Positions 1 through 10,353 of a DNA stretch of 64,000 nucleotides are shown piece by piece; the first letter of the stretch is position 1; every line of letters begins with the position of its first letter. The stretch is from positions 20,270 to 84,269 of the forward strand of contig CAJBME010000250.1 of the NCBI GenBank assembly GCA_903954065.1, in the 5' to 3' direction. The DNA is from an uncultured bacterium. Its GTDB lineage: Bacteria; Verrucomicrobiota; Verrucomicrobiia; Verrucomicrobiales; V1-33. A program made the translations under genes and the position numbers. Below the pieces are notes generated by a model. That model saw nothing but the letters and a program-made list of their open reading frames with translations. It was not told the DNA's origin and did no database searches.

Positions 1-1374
1 GGGTAGGGCGCGCGTCCACACAGCGACATCGGAAATCCGGCCTTTGAAACATTCCGCCGGGTTCAGTGGGTCACCTCCGATGAAAAATGGCATGGCCACG
101 GCTTGGCCGGTGGCGACATCGATCGATCCGCTGACCACGCCGTTTTGGTAGGTGGTCAATTGGGTGCCGCGTTTGACCAAGGCGAGGTGCATCCATCCGG
201 CGGCTGGTTCGACTTTCGGTTCGGTCGTGATGGATTTTTCATTTCCGGCGGTGGAATACGAGGCGCCGGATGGGTGCAATTTTGTATATTCGAGTGGGGT
301 CAGGCTACCGGAGCCGTCGAATTTCGAGCGATTCCCGAGGATGACGGCTTTCCCTTGATCGGCTGGGCCGTCTTGAGCGTCTTCTGGGGTATCGGTCGTG
401 GCGCTGGCGGTGCTTTTGACCCAGCAGGACCACGTGTATTCGGTAGTGGTGGTTTGTCTGGGGATGAATGAGTTAGCGATGGCGATACGATCGTCGAGGC
501 CGTCGAATTCGGCGACGGCTCCGCGTTCGGGGTCATTGACCCAAGTGACGCCATTGATCAGGGTGCCGGCAGGGCGGCTGACGATCTGGTTGGCGGCGGC
601 GGTGCCTGTGGTTTCATTGAGTGGCCACCATCCGATGATGGCTTGATTGGCTCCGCTCAGGGCGGGCAGCAGGCCGTCGGTCGTGGCGCCCCCACCGGCG
701 AAGAGGCCGGCGCCGCGGGACCAGCTTGAGTCGTCAAAGCTCGGGTCCTTCCAGCTGGCTGGAGGGAGAGTGCCTGTGTCCGAAAACGTCCATTCGGCGG
801 CGGTTTCAATGACCCGTTCGCGAATGGGCGGGCCATTGGCTTCGAAAAAATTGAGATTTCCGGGAGTGCCGCCGACTTCATTACTGGACGTCCAGAGTGA
901 CGGGTGATCGCCGGCGCTGGCCTGGCGGCGGGCGAGGGTGACGCCGGTGCCATCTGGGCCAGTTGGCCAGTCGCCGTTGTCGCTGTATTCGACCTCATCC
1001 ATGATGCGTCCGTTCCGGTTTCGCAGGCGGATGATGTCGCCGCTGTTGTTCAAGCTGCCGTTGAATGGTCCGAGGGCGCCCCGGATCTGGCCGACAGTGG
1101 CCGCGATCACGATATGGCCCCCGCCCGGAAGGGTGAAGTTGTCGGGGAAAGTGAACTCAATGCCCCCGGTGAGCGACCACCGTGACAGGTTCATGTCCAC
1201 GCCCTGCTGGTTGCGCAACTCAACCCATTCCGTTTTCGCGGCCGAATCTGGATGGTAATGGATTTCATTGATTACCACCACGCTGTCAAAGGCGCCCGCC
1301 AGTGCCTGATGATGGGTGGCGGGAAGAAAAATGCCGGCCAGAGCGGCCAGGACAGGAAGTCTTGATGCAGTCAC
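1..1374 (-). CDS. Secreted lamin-tail-domain (LTD) / LamG-like protein, 5' part only (runs off the left edge)
   Basis: Not in the ORF track. Segments translated by hand from GTG at 1374 give a signal-like N-terminus, an LTD (VVINEIHYHP..EWVELRN..GGTPG) and a LamG-like end (FFIGGDP..FKGRISDVAVWTRALP), all in one frame. Confidence 0.85.
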   Translation of the reverse strand, partial: MTASRLPVLAALAGIFLPATHHQALAGAFDSVVVINEIHYHPDSAAKTEWVELRNQQGVDMNLSRWSLTGGIEFTFPDNFTLPGGGHIVIAATVGQIRGALGPFNGSLNNSGDIIRLRNRNGRIMDEVEYSDNGDWPTGPDGTGVTLARRQASAGDHPSLWTSSNEVGGTPGNLNFFEANGPPIRERVIETAAEWTFSDTGTLPPASWKDPSFDDSSWSRGAGLFAGGGATTDGLLPALSGANQAIIGWWPLNETTGTAAANQIVSRPAGTLINGVTWVNDPERGAVAEFDGLDDRIAIANSFIPRQTTTTEYTWSCWVKSTASATTDTPEDAQDGPADQGKAVILGNRSKFDGSGSLTPLEYTKLHPSGASYSTAGNEKSITTEPKVEPAAGWMHLALVKRGTQLTTYQNGVVSGSIDVATGQAVAMPFFIGGDPLNPAECFKGRISDVAVWTRALP

Positions 1375-1563
1375 GTGTGAAACAAAAAATAGGGGTTTTA
1401 AAAGTGTACGCAGGATCGCTGGATGTGTGCAATCGATTCCTCTGGATTCATGCGAGACATGGCCCGTTATCGGCGGCGGCGGTGGCCCGGATGAAGGGGT
1501 GGGCGGAGGGCGCGGGCCGACCGCGGGCATGATATGGACGATGGATCGAGGAGTCTGTGGAAA

Positions 1564-4500
1564 TCATCTGAGCCTGAATCGCATGCGCCACAAGATAGGC
1601 CCTGGGGCCGACGGCGGGGGCAGGTTGAAGACGAATGTTTCTAGGCCGTTTTGTTCGGTGCGCTGGACGAGGGGGGCGGTGGATGGCGACCAGCGGAGCA
1701 GGTCCTGACTGGATTCCAGCTGCCAATCGGTGGCATCGTGGGTCAGGGGTTTGGAAAACCTGAGAGAGGCCTGACCTTCGGAATCAATGGCTAGTACTGG
1801 AAGGGGTGTTTGCGAGGCGGAGGACGGGTCACCGCCGAGGGCGTATTCCTCGAGGGTGGTCAGGCCGTCATGATCCGTATCCTCGGTGTCACCGGACTGG
1901 GAGTGGGTCGATTTCCACTGAGTGTAGCTCACGGTGTCGGTGGTGCCGGGATTCGGCACCGAAGAAGCGCGCCAGTGCAACGGGTTGCTGTGATCAGGAT
2001 TTGTTTCGGGAGCGATCAGGACCAAGCTCGCGCCGCGGTTGTCGGGAGTGGCGGGCCAGGGAAATCCCGGCAGGTAGACAAAGTCGCGCAGCGGGGAGGC
2101 CCCGCCCAGACTCAGTGTCAGCCGTTCGCCTTCGTTGGCCAGACTGCCGGCATAGGTGCCGACCACCGGGTGGCCCGCACCGAATTTTTGCGTGAACACG
2201 GCGGCATTTTCCACGACGACGAGGCGGGCGCCGGGGGCGAGCTGGGTGGCGGGCGGAAAGGTAAACGTGATGCCGGCGGTGAATTCCACGCCGGTGAGGT
2301 CGAGCGGCAGTGAAGGGTGAATGTTCATCAACTCGATGTAGGCGGCGTCACCACCTTCCGGGGCGGGTGGGTTGTACATGATTTCGCTGATGACGAGATG
2401 GGTCGCGAGGTTTCCGGTGGTGGGCGAGCCGGCTTGGAATTCAAGTGGGGTGCTCCAGTGGCTCCAGCGGCCGACCTCATCCTGATGGCGGACGCGGGCC
2501 CGGTAAGTGCGGCCGGCGACCAGTCCGCTGGCGGGAATGATGGGGGTGGTCGCCGTGAAGACGGAATCGGGCTCCGGAGTCCAAAGGCCGGTGATTTCGT
2601 ACCGCCAAGGTTCGCCCGGCTTGAACCCGGGAACCGACGGGTCGTAGATTTCGCCAATCCTCCACTGCATGGCGACAAAACGGCTGCCTTGCGGCGCCGC
2701 GAATGCGCTGCTGGCAAACTTGAGCTGGTTGAGAGGATAGGCCGCTGGTCCGGCGTAGGTGATGGTAGGCGTCTCGGGAAGTGGAATGGCTGGGGCCGTG
2801 GTCAGCGTGTATGGTTCGACCGTTCCCTGAGCCATTTGGGCCAGCCGACCTCCTCCATTGCGGCCGCTGACGATGAATTCCTTCACCCATTGCACCATGC
2901 CTTCAAAGTCACCGCTGGCCAGCACGCGGCTGTAGGGCTGGGGCAGCGGTCCGTTGGTCATGTTGCCGATCGGATAGGGCGTTTTGTAATAATTCCCCCG
3001 GGGACCGGCTCCGCGCGGCGGAGTGGGATTGCTCGGATTATAATCCCATCGTCGGCGTTCGACCTCGGCAAAGCCGTCCCTGATCTCGCTTCCGAGTGGA
3101 ATGAGACGCGGTGATTCATCCGTTATCAGACAGACATATTCATCCACCACCTTCCATGCCTGATCCGAGTTCAGCAGCAGGTCCTGCAGTTCGCGGGCCC
3201 GATTCTGAAATTCCGTCAGCAAGGCAGGGTGCAACAACCCGCGGGCCATTTGTTCGTATTGCTGCAAATCAGGCGCCGTCTGCACACTGCGGGGGCCCCA
3301 GCGATCGAAATTCTCGTACAACAAATCACAATCCCACGGCAAAATCCGCCACCTCCCGTCGCCGCGCGGAGCCGCAGGGTTGCGGAAATAAACGACATTT
3401 TCCTGTTCGCGTCGGTCCGACTGGTTGATCGCCTCCGTCACTGCCCGCCAGCTGTAATACCCCGGCAGATCCACATGCGTGCGAAACCATGATTCCGGCT
3501 GGATCGCGGTGAGTCGGGGGGGCGTGGTCGATGAGCCGCCGCCCCGGCGGTAGCCGGTGCTGGTGCTGGTGAAGGCGTTGAGATCGCTCAGATCGCCGAC
3601 CTGACCGCGCCCTTGGCCGAGCATGCTGTTGCCGGCTCCGGTCGCTTGGAGGCGGAAGATGTTACCATCGGGCAGGTCGCGGGCCTCCTTAAAAAGATTA
3701 TCCGTATTTTCGAACGCGAGGTACAGCCCCCAGAGATCGCCGTCGAACTGATTGGTGGGATTTTGTTCGGTAGCGCCGTCGATGACGCGGAGCTGGAGGC
3801 AGCTGGTACGCGGGGCCGGCACGCCGGCGAGAGCGCTGAGGCGGAAGGCCATGGCTTCGTCCAGTCCGTGTAGGCCGCGGTTCCATGGGGCCCATGGGGC
3901 GGGCACGCTGGAAATGTTGAGGGTTTCGACGGTGGTCGTCGTTAGGCCGTAATCGTCCGGCATTTCGAGCCAGTGCCCGCGGTTAAACCGGAGCTTCCAT
4001 TTATTTTTACCGGTATTGTAGGTGCTATTTTGTCCTTTGATGCGGTAGCGGATGTGGTCATAGACGAGACCGTCGATGACGAGGGCGCCTTCGAAGCGGT
4101 AGGTGCCGTCGTTGGTGGCAGGATTGTATTGGCAGTTTTGGACATCGACCGGGTGGGAAAGCAGGTGCCATGGCCGCACTTTATTCATGGTGTCGGCGGA
4201 AAACGTGGTGGTGGGGGTGATGCCTGGCCGCACGGCACCGGTCCATGCGGGCACGCCGTCGTAGCAAAAATAGGCAAAATTTGCGGAGGGATCGTCGGCA
4301 TAGGGGACGCGCACGGCGGTGGCGGTGGTATCTGTGGCGAGCAGGCGGTAGCGAACGAGGCGGCGGTGGGTTTGGGTTGATCCGGGGATGATGGCGGAGA
4401 ATACCGAGTCGTTGGCGGCGGCGTCACTGGCGGTGCCGTCGTCGTACAGTGGCAGCGTGATCCACTGGGATGACCAGGCTGGATCGGTGAGGCGGATGTA

Positions 4501-6672
4501 TTTGCCTGGCTCGACCAGTTGATATTCCAGCGAGGCGGAGGCGATGCCGTCGGGATCGGTGATGCGGGCGGTGATGGTGACGGGTTGGCCGGTGGCTGGG
4601 CTGACTGGGAAGTGGGCGACTTGCCGGATGGCGGGCGGGGCGGCGCCGGTGGTGACGGCATTGCGCGCTCCCGGGGTGGGGGCGGCGCTGCGCCAACTGG
4701 CTCCCAGACTGCTTTTCAGGCCTTCGTTGATTCGTTGTAGCGAAGCGGCTGGGGTGCCGCCCACGGTTGGCCACGGGAATCCTGCCTCGTACGCCACTTC
4801 GTCGATGACATCCATGGTTTGAGTGCGGAGGACGATTTCTTCTCCTTGATTGCGGAGGCGGCCGGTCCACGGGCCGAGGGCGTTTGGGAAGTTGAGCACG
4901 GAGGCGAGATCGGCCGGATTTTCGGCGATGACGCAATAGGCGCACGGCTGGATGATAGTGCCGTTGGGAATGGTGTAGGTGAGGCCGCCGGTGAGTGACC
5001 AGCCGCTGATGTCGACGGGCACGGGCAGGGGGTTAAAGAGTTCGATGAACTTGGTAAAAAACGATTTGGAGTCGGGAGGATCGCTGTGGATTTCATTAAT
5101 GACTGGCGTCAGGGCGAGTAGGACTGGTCCATTGGCGCGGCCTGGGGTGGGGGTGGGCAGGTGGCCGGTGATGGGGCCGGTGGATTCGCCGGTGATGGCT
5201 GCTTGGAGGAGGAAATCCGGATCTCCGGCCGATCGGTTGAGTCCTTGGATGGCGAGGATGTTTTCCTTTTGAAAGACGGCGGAAAAGGGAGCGAGCGAGA
5301 TCTGATCGGACCCGGTGTGCGCAGCGGTGGCGGAGGCATTGTAGGTGAGCGCCGCCGGGGCATGGCGTCGGGCAATTTCCACCCCGTTGAGCCAGGCCAC
5401 GTACCCGTCGTTGGCATTCACCGTGAGCATGGCGCAGGGCGGTGCCCCGTGGGGGGTGGAAAAAACGGTGCGGGTCAGGACGCTGGCATTGACGTTGAGC
5501 ATGGCCGATTCCGTGCTGGTGGCAAAAACGGCTGCTTCGCGGAAGAGCAGGCTGCCGGCTCCATAGCGGACGGCGGGTCCGGAATCGGGGGTGGCCGGCC
5601 ACGAAGCGGAGGGCGAGGTGGGTGCATTGCTGGCGCCGAAGCGACAGGTGCCGACCAAGGTGATGGCGCCGGCTCCGGTGGCCGTGGTGGCGCCAAATGT
5701 CGGGGTATTGCCGTTTGGTTCGGTGGCGCCGTAGTTGTAGGCGACAATGGTGTAGCTGCCGGGCGGTAGCGCGACCGGAGCCGCCAGCGGCTTGATCCGC
5801 TGGCCACCCACCAGCTGGCCGGGGGCCGCCGCTGAAAACGTCTGGCTGGCCAGAACCCGTCCGGCCACGTCATCCGAGGTGTCCAGCGGGGTGCCTCGCG
5901 GGTTTCTCGACCAAAGGACCACCGTGATCGTCCGCCCCAGACCGTTGGCTCCACTGTCAAAACACGCCAGATCCGTCACTTCCACCGGCCGCACCACCTC
6001 AAAATCCATTCCGAGCGGGCCAGCATAATTCTGGGTGCCAGTCACCGCCTCCGGAATGGCATAAGGATTGGTCGTGGCCCGCCCATACCCCAAAGTCCAC
6101 TGACCGGAATTCCATCCGCGATCGTCAAAATCAGCGCCGCCGCGCCACGCGACATCGACTTCGCCCGAGGGAACCGTCCACTTGACGACCGCTTCGTCGC
6201 CCGCAATTCGGCTCATCGTGCGCGTCGGGCCAATGCCGTGGCCGAAGGCCGTGTCGGCAGCTAGCGGCGGCACGCTGGAAAATCGGCTGATGGCCTGACC
6301 CTCGGGGTTGGTGAGGGCGAGAAATTCGCCGGTGCGGCTCAGTTTAAAATTGGTGTGCAGCGGCTGGCCCGGGGTGGCACGGTTTTTTCCAGAGGCGAAG
6401 ACGACGAGAAACCCTCCGGCGGGAAGTGGGGTGGGGGGAAACGTCCATTGGGCGGGCCGGGCCGGATCGTCGCTCAGATGCCAGCCGTTCAGATCGACGG
6501 CCGTATCCAACGGGTTATGTAGCTCGATCCAGTCCTGCCGGGTGCCATCTTCGTCCAGCAGGCCGGTCGTATTTTCGGCGACCACTTCGTTGATCCTGAT
6601 CCCGGGCGACGTCTGGGCATGCGCCATCAGGCCCGCCCCCAGCACCATACACAAAACAATCAGCAGTCTCAC
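1564..6672 (-). CDS. Large secreted protein with 3 LTDs, a DUF4082-like module, a CotH kinase domain, an FN3-like module and a C-terminal motif (1702 aa)
   Basis: Signal peptide. LTD motifs IRINEVVAEN, VINEIHSDP, VISEIMYNP. CotH-like RIKGQNS..KWK and WRILPWDCDL. DTDHDG..EEYALGGDP Ca-binding-like motif. Confidence 0.85.
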   Translation of the reverse strand: MRLLIVLCMVLGAGLMAHAQTSPGIRINEVVAENTTGLLDEDGTRQDWIELHNPLDTAVDLNGWHLSDDPARPAQWTFPPTPLPAGGFLVVFASGKNRATPGQPLHTNFKLSRTGEFLALTNPEGQAISRFSSVPPLAADTAFGHGIGPTRTMSRIAGDEAVVKWTVPSGEVDVAWRGGADFDDRGWNSGQWTLGYGRATTNPYAIPEAVTGTQNYAGPLGMDFEVVRPVEVTDLACFDSGANGLGRTITVVLWSRNPRGTPLDTSDDVAGRVLASQTFSAAAPGQLVGGQRIKPLAAPVALPPGSYTIVAYNYGATEPNGNTPTFGATTATGAGAITLVGTCRFGASNAPTSPSASWPATPDSGPAVRYGAGSLLFREAAVFATSTESAMLNVNASVLTRTVFSTPHGAPPCAMLTVNANDGYVAWLNGVEIARRHAPAALTYNASATAAHTGSDQISLAPFSAVFQKENILAIQGLNRSAGDPDFLLQAAITGESTGPITGHLPTPTPGRANGPVLLALTPVINEIHSDPPDSKSFFTKFIELFNPLPVPVDISGWSLTGGLTYTIPNGTIIQPCAYCVIAENPADLASVLNFPNALGPWTGRLRNQGEEIVLRTQTMDVIDEVAYEAGFPWPTVGGTPAASLQRINEGLKSSLGASWRSAAPTPGARNAVTTGAAPPAIRQVAHFPVSPATGQPVTITARITDPDGIASASLEYQLVEPGKYIRLTDPAWSSQWITLPLYDDGTASDAAANDSVFSAIIPGSTQTHRRLVRYRLLATDTTATAVRVPYADDPSANFAYFCYDGVPAWTGAVRPGITPTTTFSADTMNKVRPWHLLSHPVDVQNCQYNPATNDGTYRFEGALVIDGLVYDHIRYRIKGQNSTYNTGKNKWKLRFNRGHWLEMPDDYGLTTTTVETLNISSVPAPWAPWNRGLHGLDEAMAFRLSALAGVPAPRTSCLQLRVIDGATEQNPTNQFDGDLWGLYLAFENTDNLFKEARDLPDGNIFRLQATGAGNSMLGQGRGQVGDLSDLNAFTSTSTGYRRGGGSSTTPPRLTAIQPESWFRTHVDLPGYYSWRAVTEAINQSDRREQENVVYFRNPAAPRGDGRWRILPWDCDLLYENFDRWGPRSVQTAPDLQQYEQMARGLLHPALLTEFQNRARELQDLLLNSDQAWKVVDEYVCLITDESPRLIPLGSEIRDGFAEVERRRWDYNPSNPTPPRGAGPRGNYYKTPYPIGNMTNGPLPQPYSRVLASGDFEGMVQWVKEFIVSGRNGGGRLAQMAQGTVEPYTLTTAPAIPLPETPTITYAGPAAYPLNQLKFASSAFAAPQGSRFVAMQWRIGEIYDPSVPGFKPGEPWRYEITGLWTPEPDSVFTATTPIIPASGLVAGRTYRARVRHQDEVGRWSHWSTPLEFQAGSPTTGNLATHLVISEIMYNPPAPEGGDAAYIELMNIHPSLPLDLTGVEFTAGITFTFPPATQLAPGARLVVVENAAVFTQKFGAGHPVVGTYAGSLANEGERLTLSLGGASPLRDFVYLPGFPWPATPDNRGASLVLIAPETNPDHSNPLHWRASSVPNPGTTDTVSYTQWKSTHSQSGDTEDTDHDGLTTLEEYALGGDPSSASQTPLPVLAIDSEGQASLRFSKPLTHDATDWQLESSQDLLRWSPSTAPLVQRTEQNGLETFVFNLPPPSAPGPILWRMRFRLR

Positions 6673-6718
6673 ACCATGGTTTTAACCATCAGAACGACAT
6701 TCGTCCATGTTTTCATGA

Positions 6719-7513
6719 TCACCTTTCCGCTAATGGTCCTTCGATAATCGCAAACGCCTGGTGATTGTGGATGCTTTCGTAATTCTCTGCCTCTACCCGG
6801 AACCACGACAGGCCGGGATGATCCTTCGCCCGCTGCGCCACATTGCGCACGACATCTTCGACAAAAACCGGATTGTCATACGCGCGCTCGGTGACCGCCT
6901 TTTCATCCGGCCGCTTCAAGACGCTGTATAATTCACAACTGGCGCTGTCTTCCACCAAGCGGATCAATTCCTCGATAAAAACCGGACGGTCTGCAAAACG
7001 AACCGACAGCCGGACCAGACCGCGTTGGTTGTGCGCCCCACGGTCGCTGATCGCCTTCGAACAGGGACATAAGGTCGCAACCGGAACATCCAAGTGAAGC
7101 GTGAAAACAGTTTGATCCAGAGCGGCTTCCACTTCAAAAGTCACCTGATAATTCATGACCCCAGGCGTCCCGCTGACCGGCGCCGACTTGGTGATGAAAA
7201 AAGGAAATCGAAATTCGACGTGGGCGCGTTGAGCGGGCAGGAGTCGCAGTAGTTCTGCGGGCAGTCCGGCCATGTGGTGGATGTCGAGCACACGGCCGTG
7301 AGAATTCAGGGCTTCGACGAACCGGCTCATGTGGGTGCCTTTGTGGAGTGCGGGCAGGTCGACGGCCAGCGAGACAGTGGCCACGGTGTGTTGCAGCGAG
7401 CCGGCACGCTCGCGGATTTGCACGGGAAAGCTCAATCCGCGCACTCCGACGCGATTGATCGCGAGGTTTCTGGTGTCTGATTCTCCCTGAGTGTCAGGTA
7501 GTTCGCCGTTCAT
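6719..7513 (-). CDS. folE2: GTP cyclohydrolase I type IB (FolE2)
   Basis: INRVGV, KGTHMSRF, TLCPCSK, GAHNQRG, LKRPDEK, NPVFVED, ESIHNH motifs. ATG at 7513 chosen as start. Confidence 0.95.
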   Translation of the reverse strand: MNGELPDTQGESDTRNLAINRVGVRGLSFPVQIRERAGSLQHTVATVSLAVDLPALHKGTHMSRFVEALNSHGRVLDIHHMAGLPAELLRLLPAQRAHVEFRFPFFITKSAPVSGTPGVMNYQVTFEVEAALDQTVFTLHLDVPVATLCPCSKAISDRGAHNQRGLVRLSVRFADRPVFIEELIRLVEDSASCELYSVLKRPDEKAVTERAYDNPVFVEDVVRNVAQRAKDHPGLSWFRVEAENYESIHNHQAFAIIEGPLAER

Positions 7514-7683
7514 GGTGGGCACGGTGGGTGAAGCGGGGAGTGGCTGGCTGGATGGCGGGCGCGCGAGAAGTCACTGGGAACGACAAAGCCCGTCCGCCAG
7601 TCATGCCGCGGGTCGGGCGGAGACTTAGCAGTCGGGCTTGGGTCGTGGTTGGTGGTATTCCGTGGTGGACGGAATGCCCGCCT

Positions 7684-7923
7684 CTACGGCATCAAATTCA
7701 GGGCGCGTGAGCGTTTGATTTCGCGGGTGATCCGGCGGTGGATCCAGGCGGAGACGCCGGTGATGCGTCGTGGGATGATTTTGCCGGTATCGGAGGTGAA
7801 TTTCCGTAAAACTTCCGGGTGCAGGGCGGTCAGTTTGTCGGTGGGGATATCCATCCGGCGACTGGGCATGCGGCGGTTGGATTTGCGAAAGGCGATGAGG
7901 CGTTCTTTAGTCTTTGGTTCCAT
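7684..7923 (-). CDS. rpsR: 30S ribosomal protein S18 (no Zn-ribbon cysteines)
   Basis: LRKFTSDTGKIIPRRITGV..REIKRSRALNLMP; adjacent to rpmG. Confidence 0.93.
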   Translation of the reverse strand: MEPKTKERLIAFRKSNRRMPSRRMDIPTDKLTALHPEVLRKFTSDTGKIIPRRITGVSAWIHRRITREIKRSRALNLMP

Positions 7924-7956
7924 GGTATGCGGAGTGGTGCGGGTGGGGCCGTGCGA

Positions 7957-8130
7957 CTAGCGGGTTTCGCGGTGCAGGGTGCGGCGCTTCAGGAAGGGGT
8001 TGTATTTCTTCTTCTCCAGACGGCCTGGAGTATTGAGGCTCTTTTTATTGCGGGTGCTGATGTAGCGGGACGTGGGTTTGCCCTCGGCCTTGGCTTCGGT
8101 GCACTCGAGGATGATGATGTCGCGGGCCAT
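7957..8130 (-). CDS. rpmG: 50S ribosomal protein L33 (57 aa, non-Zn type)
   Basis: Hand translation [57 protein letters not shown]; below the ORF-track length cutoff. Confidence 0.95.
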   Translation of the reverse strand: MARDIIILECTEAKAEGKPTSRYISTRNKKSLNTPGRLEKKKYNPFLKRRTLHRETR

Positions 8131-8145
8131 AAAACGTGCGTGTAG

Positions 8146-8874
8146 TTAATCGTTGGAATCTGAATTGGTGTTGCCGGAGCTTCCGCCCTCGGAATCTTCG
8201 TCGTCGTCTTCGTCCTCGCCGCCGAGGCCAAAGAGGGAGCGAACTGGCGGACGGCGTCCATAGCCGCCCCGGTTTTCTTTTTCAAGCTGAGCTTGGCATT
8301 CGACCGTATAACGGGCGAAAGGAATGGCTTCGAGCCGCAGCTGGGGGATTTTTTTCTCGCTCATCTCGCAGATGCCGTAGGTGCCGGCGTCCATGCGTTT
8401 GATGGCTTCCTCGATCTCGTAGAGAGCGTCTTGTTCTTTAGAAAGCATGCTGAGCGCGAAGTCGCGATCGTAGGCATCGGAGCCGGCGTCGGCTTGGTGC
8501 ATGCCGAAGGCTGAGGCTTCGCTACCTTCTAGGGTGTCGCGGGCGACTCCGTCCATGGCGTCGACCATGGCATCGCGGAGCTCGATCAATTTTTGCCGTT
8601 GTTTTTTATGCCATGGGGTCATTTCCCAATTGGCGGGGCGGGTAATTTTGAGCGGCATCGCATTGGGGGCGATGACTGGGGCTTTGGCGGTGGTGGGCGC
8701 GGGTTTGAGCGCGGCCTTGACGGGAGCCTTGTTGGAGGAGGGTTTTTTCACTGGGGCTGGGGCGGGCTGGGCCTCGGCTTCCTGTGATGCGGGCGCAGCG
8801 GATTTGCCACCCGCTTTAGGGGCGGGGGTGCTCTTGGCGGCGGTAGGAGCTGGGGTGGCGGCCTTTTTCGGCAT
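8146..8874 (-). CDS. DksA/TraR family transcription factor with Ala/Pro/Lys-rich N-terminal extension
   Basis: HQADAGSD coiled-coil tip and GTYGICEMSEKKIPQLRLEAIPFARYTVEC (only 2 of 4 Cys). ATG at 8874 chosen. Confidence 0.88.
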   Translation of the reverse strand: MPKKAATPAPTAAKSTPAPKAGGKSAAPASQEAEAQPAPAPVKKPSSNKAPVKAALKPAPTTAKAPVIAPNAMPLKITRPANWEMTPWHKKQRQKLIELRDAMVDAMDGVARDTLEGSEASAFGMHQADAGSDAYDRDFALSMLSKEQDALYEIEEAIKRMDAGTYGICEMSEKKIPQLRLEAIPFARYTVECQAQLEKENRGGYGRRPPVRSLFGLGGEDEDDDEDSEGGSSGNTNSDSND

Positions 8875-9089
8875 GACGGAAACCAGGTGAAAAGGGTGGG
8901 GAATTTTTCCATTCCTCAAGGGAGGCGAGGTGGAAAAAGGGCGGAATAGATAATCCGTTGCCGGCCCGGCGCAACCCTAAAAACCAGCCACCCCCTTTAT
9001 TCGCCTCATTCAAGGTTTTACGCTCGGGGTCTGCGATTCGCCCCCAGCCAGTCGTGAGGGCGAATTCATGGCCGGGGAGGAGCGCTCCG

Positions 9090-10148
9090 TCAGGCGGTGA
9101 CGAGGGCCAGATTGGGATCGACGTCGCCCTCCAGCGGGGAGGTGTGCCCGGCTGCCAGCCGGATGCCGGCGACGAACGCGATCATGGCAGCATTGTCGGT
9201 CGTGAGGGAGGGGGCCGCCAGCCGCAGGTCAAGTCCGGCCGAGGCGGCTGCGGCGGCTAGGCTGGAACGCAGCCCGGAATTGAGCGACACGCCGCCGGAG
9301 ACAGCGACCACATTTTCGCCGGTGTGGGCGGCGGCAGCCATGGTTTTGCTGACCAGTACGCCGACGATGGCCGCCTGAATGCTGGCGCACATGTCCGCCT
9401 GCATCGGGGCGCTCAATGGATTCGGCAGGGCGTCTAGGGTGTAGCGTACGGCCGTTTTTAACCCCGAAAAACTGAAGGAAAAATCGCCGCTGTGCCGCAG
9501 GCCTTGCGGCAGATCAAAGGCCGCAGGATTACCGCCGCGCGCCAGACGGTCGATCTGCGGGCCTCCGGGATACGGTAGGCCGAGCATTTTGGCGGTTTTG
9601 TCAAAGGCTTCACCGGCCGCATCGTCCTTGGTGCGGCCCAACAGGTGGTATTGACCCGCTCCCCGGCAGTGGACCAGCAGGGTGTGGCCACCAGAGACGA
9701 TCAAAGCGACACATGGGATCACGCCGTCGGGGCTGCCAATGAACGGCGACAAGAGATGGCCTTCTAGATGGTTGATGGCCAAAAACGGGCGGTCACACGC
9801 GAGGGCTAGGGCTTTGGCCACCGTGTTGCCGATCAGCAGGGAGCTGGCCAGACCAGGGCCAGCGGTCGCTGCAAATGCGTCGATTTCCGCCAGCGTCACG
9901 CCTGCGGCGGCCGTGGCGGCTTCGATCAGCGGGCGGACCTGCGGTAAATGACTGCGCGAGGCGAGCTCGGGGACGACGCCGCCGTACGGCTGATGCAGGG
10001 CGATCTGCGAGCTGATCTCGCTGGCCAGAACTTCCCCACCACGGGTGATGGCCACCGCCGTTTCATCACAGCTGGTTTCCAAGGCAAGAATAAGCGGAGC
10101 GGACACAGGCACAAAGGACAAAAAATGGAGAAACAAGGCGGCCGCCAT
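9090..10148 (-). CDS. tsaD: tRNA N6-threonylcarbamoyltransferase TsaD
   Basis: LALETSCDETAVA, YGGVVPELASRSH, NHLEGH, DDAAGEAFDK, FSFSGLKT, DNAAMIA. True start may be GTG at 10106. Confidence 0.96.
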   Translation of the reverse strand: MAAALFLHFLSFVPVSAPLILALETSCDETAVAITRGGEVLASEISSQIALHQPYGGVVPELASRSHLPQVRPLIEAATAAAGVTLAEIDAFAATAGPGLASSLLIGNTVAKALALACDRPFLAINHLEGHLLSPFIGSPDGVIPCVALIVSGGHTLLVHCRGAGQYHLLGRTKDDAAGEAFDKTAKMLGLPYPGGPQIDRLARGGNPAAFDLPQGLRHSGDFSFSFSGLKTAVRYTLDALPNPLSAPMQADMCASIQAAIVGVLVSKTMAAAAHTGENVVAVSGGVSLNSGLRSSLAAAAASAGLDLRLAAPSLTTDNAAMIAFVAGIRLAAGHTSPLEGDVDPNLALVTA

Positions 10149-10353
10149 GGCAGCCGCCAGCGAGCCAGAATGCCGCGATCCCGGCCGGAGGAAAGAAACA
10201 AAAATTCACGGCTGGACCGGTCGCGTCCGTCGGAAAAAAACGTGACACTTGGCCTTGTTGTCGCTACAACCTTCATGGAATTGCCTCCGTTCGCCGCTCT
10301 CCTCATCGCGCGACCGGAGCGTGACCGCTCACCGTGACCGACTGCCTTAGTTT

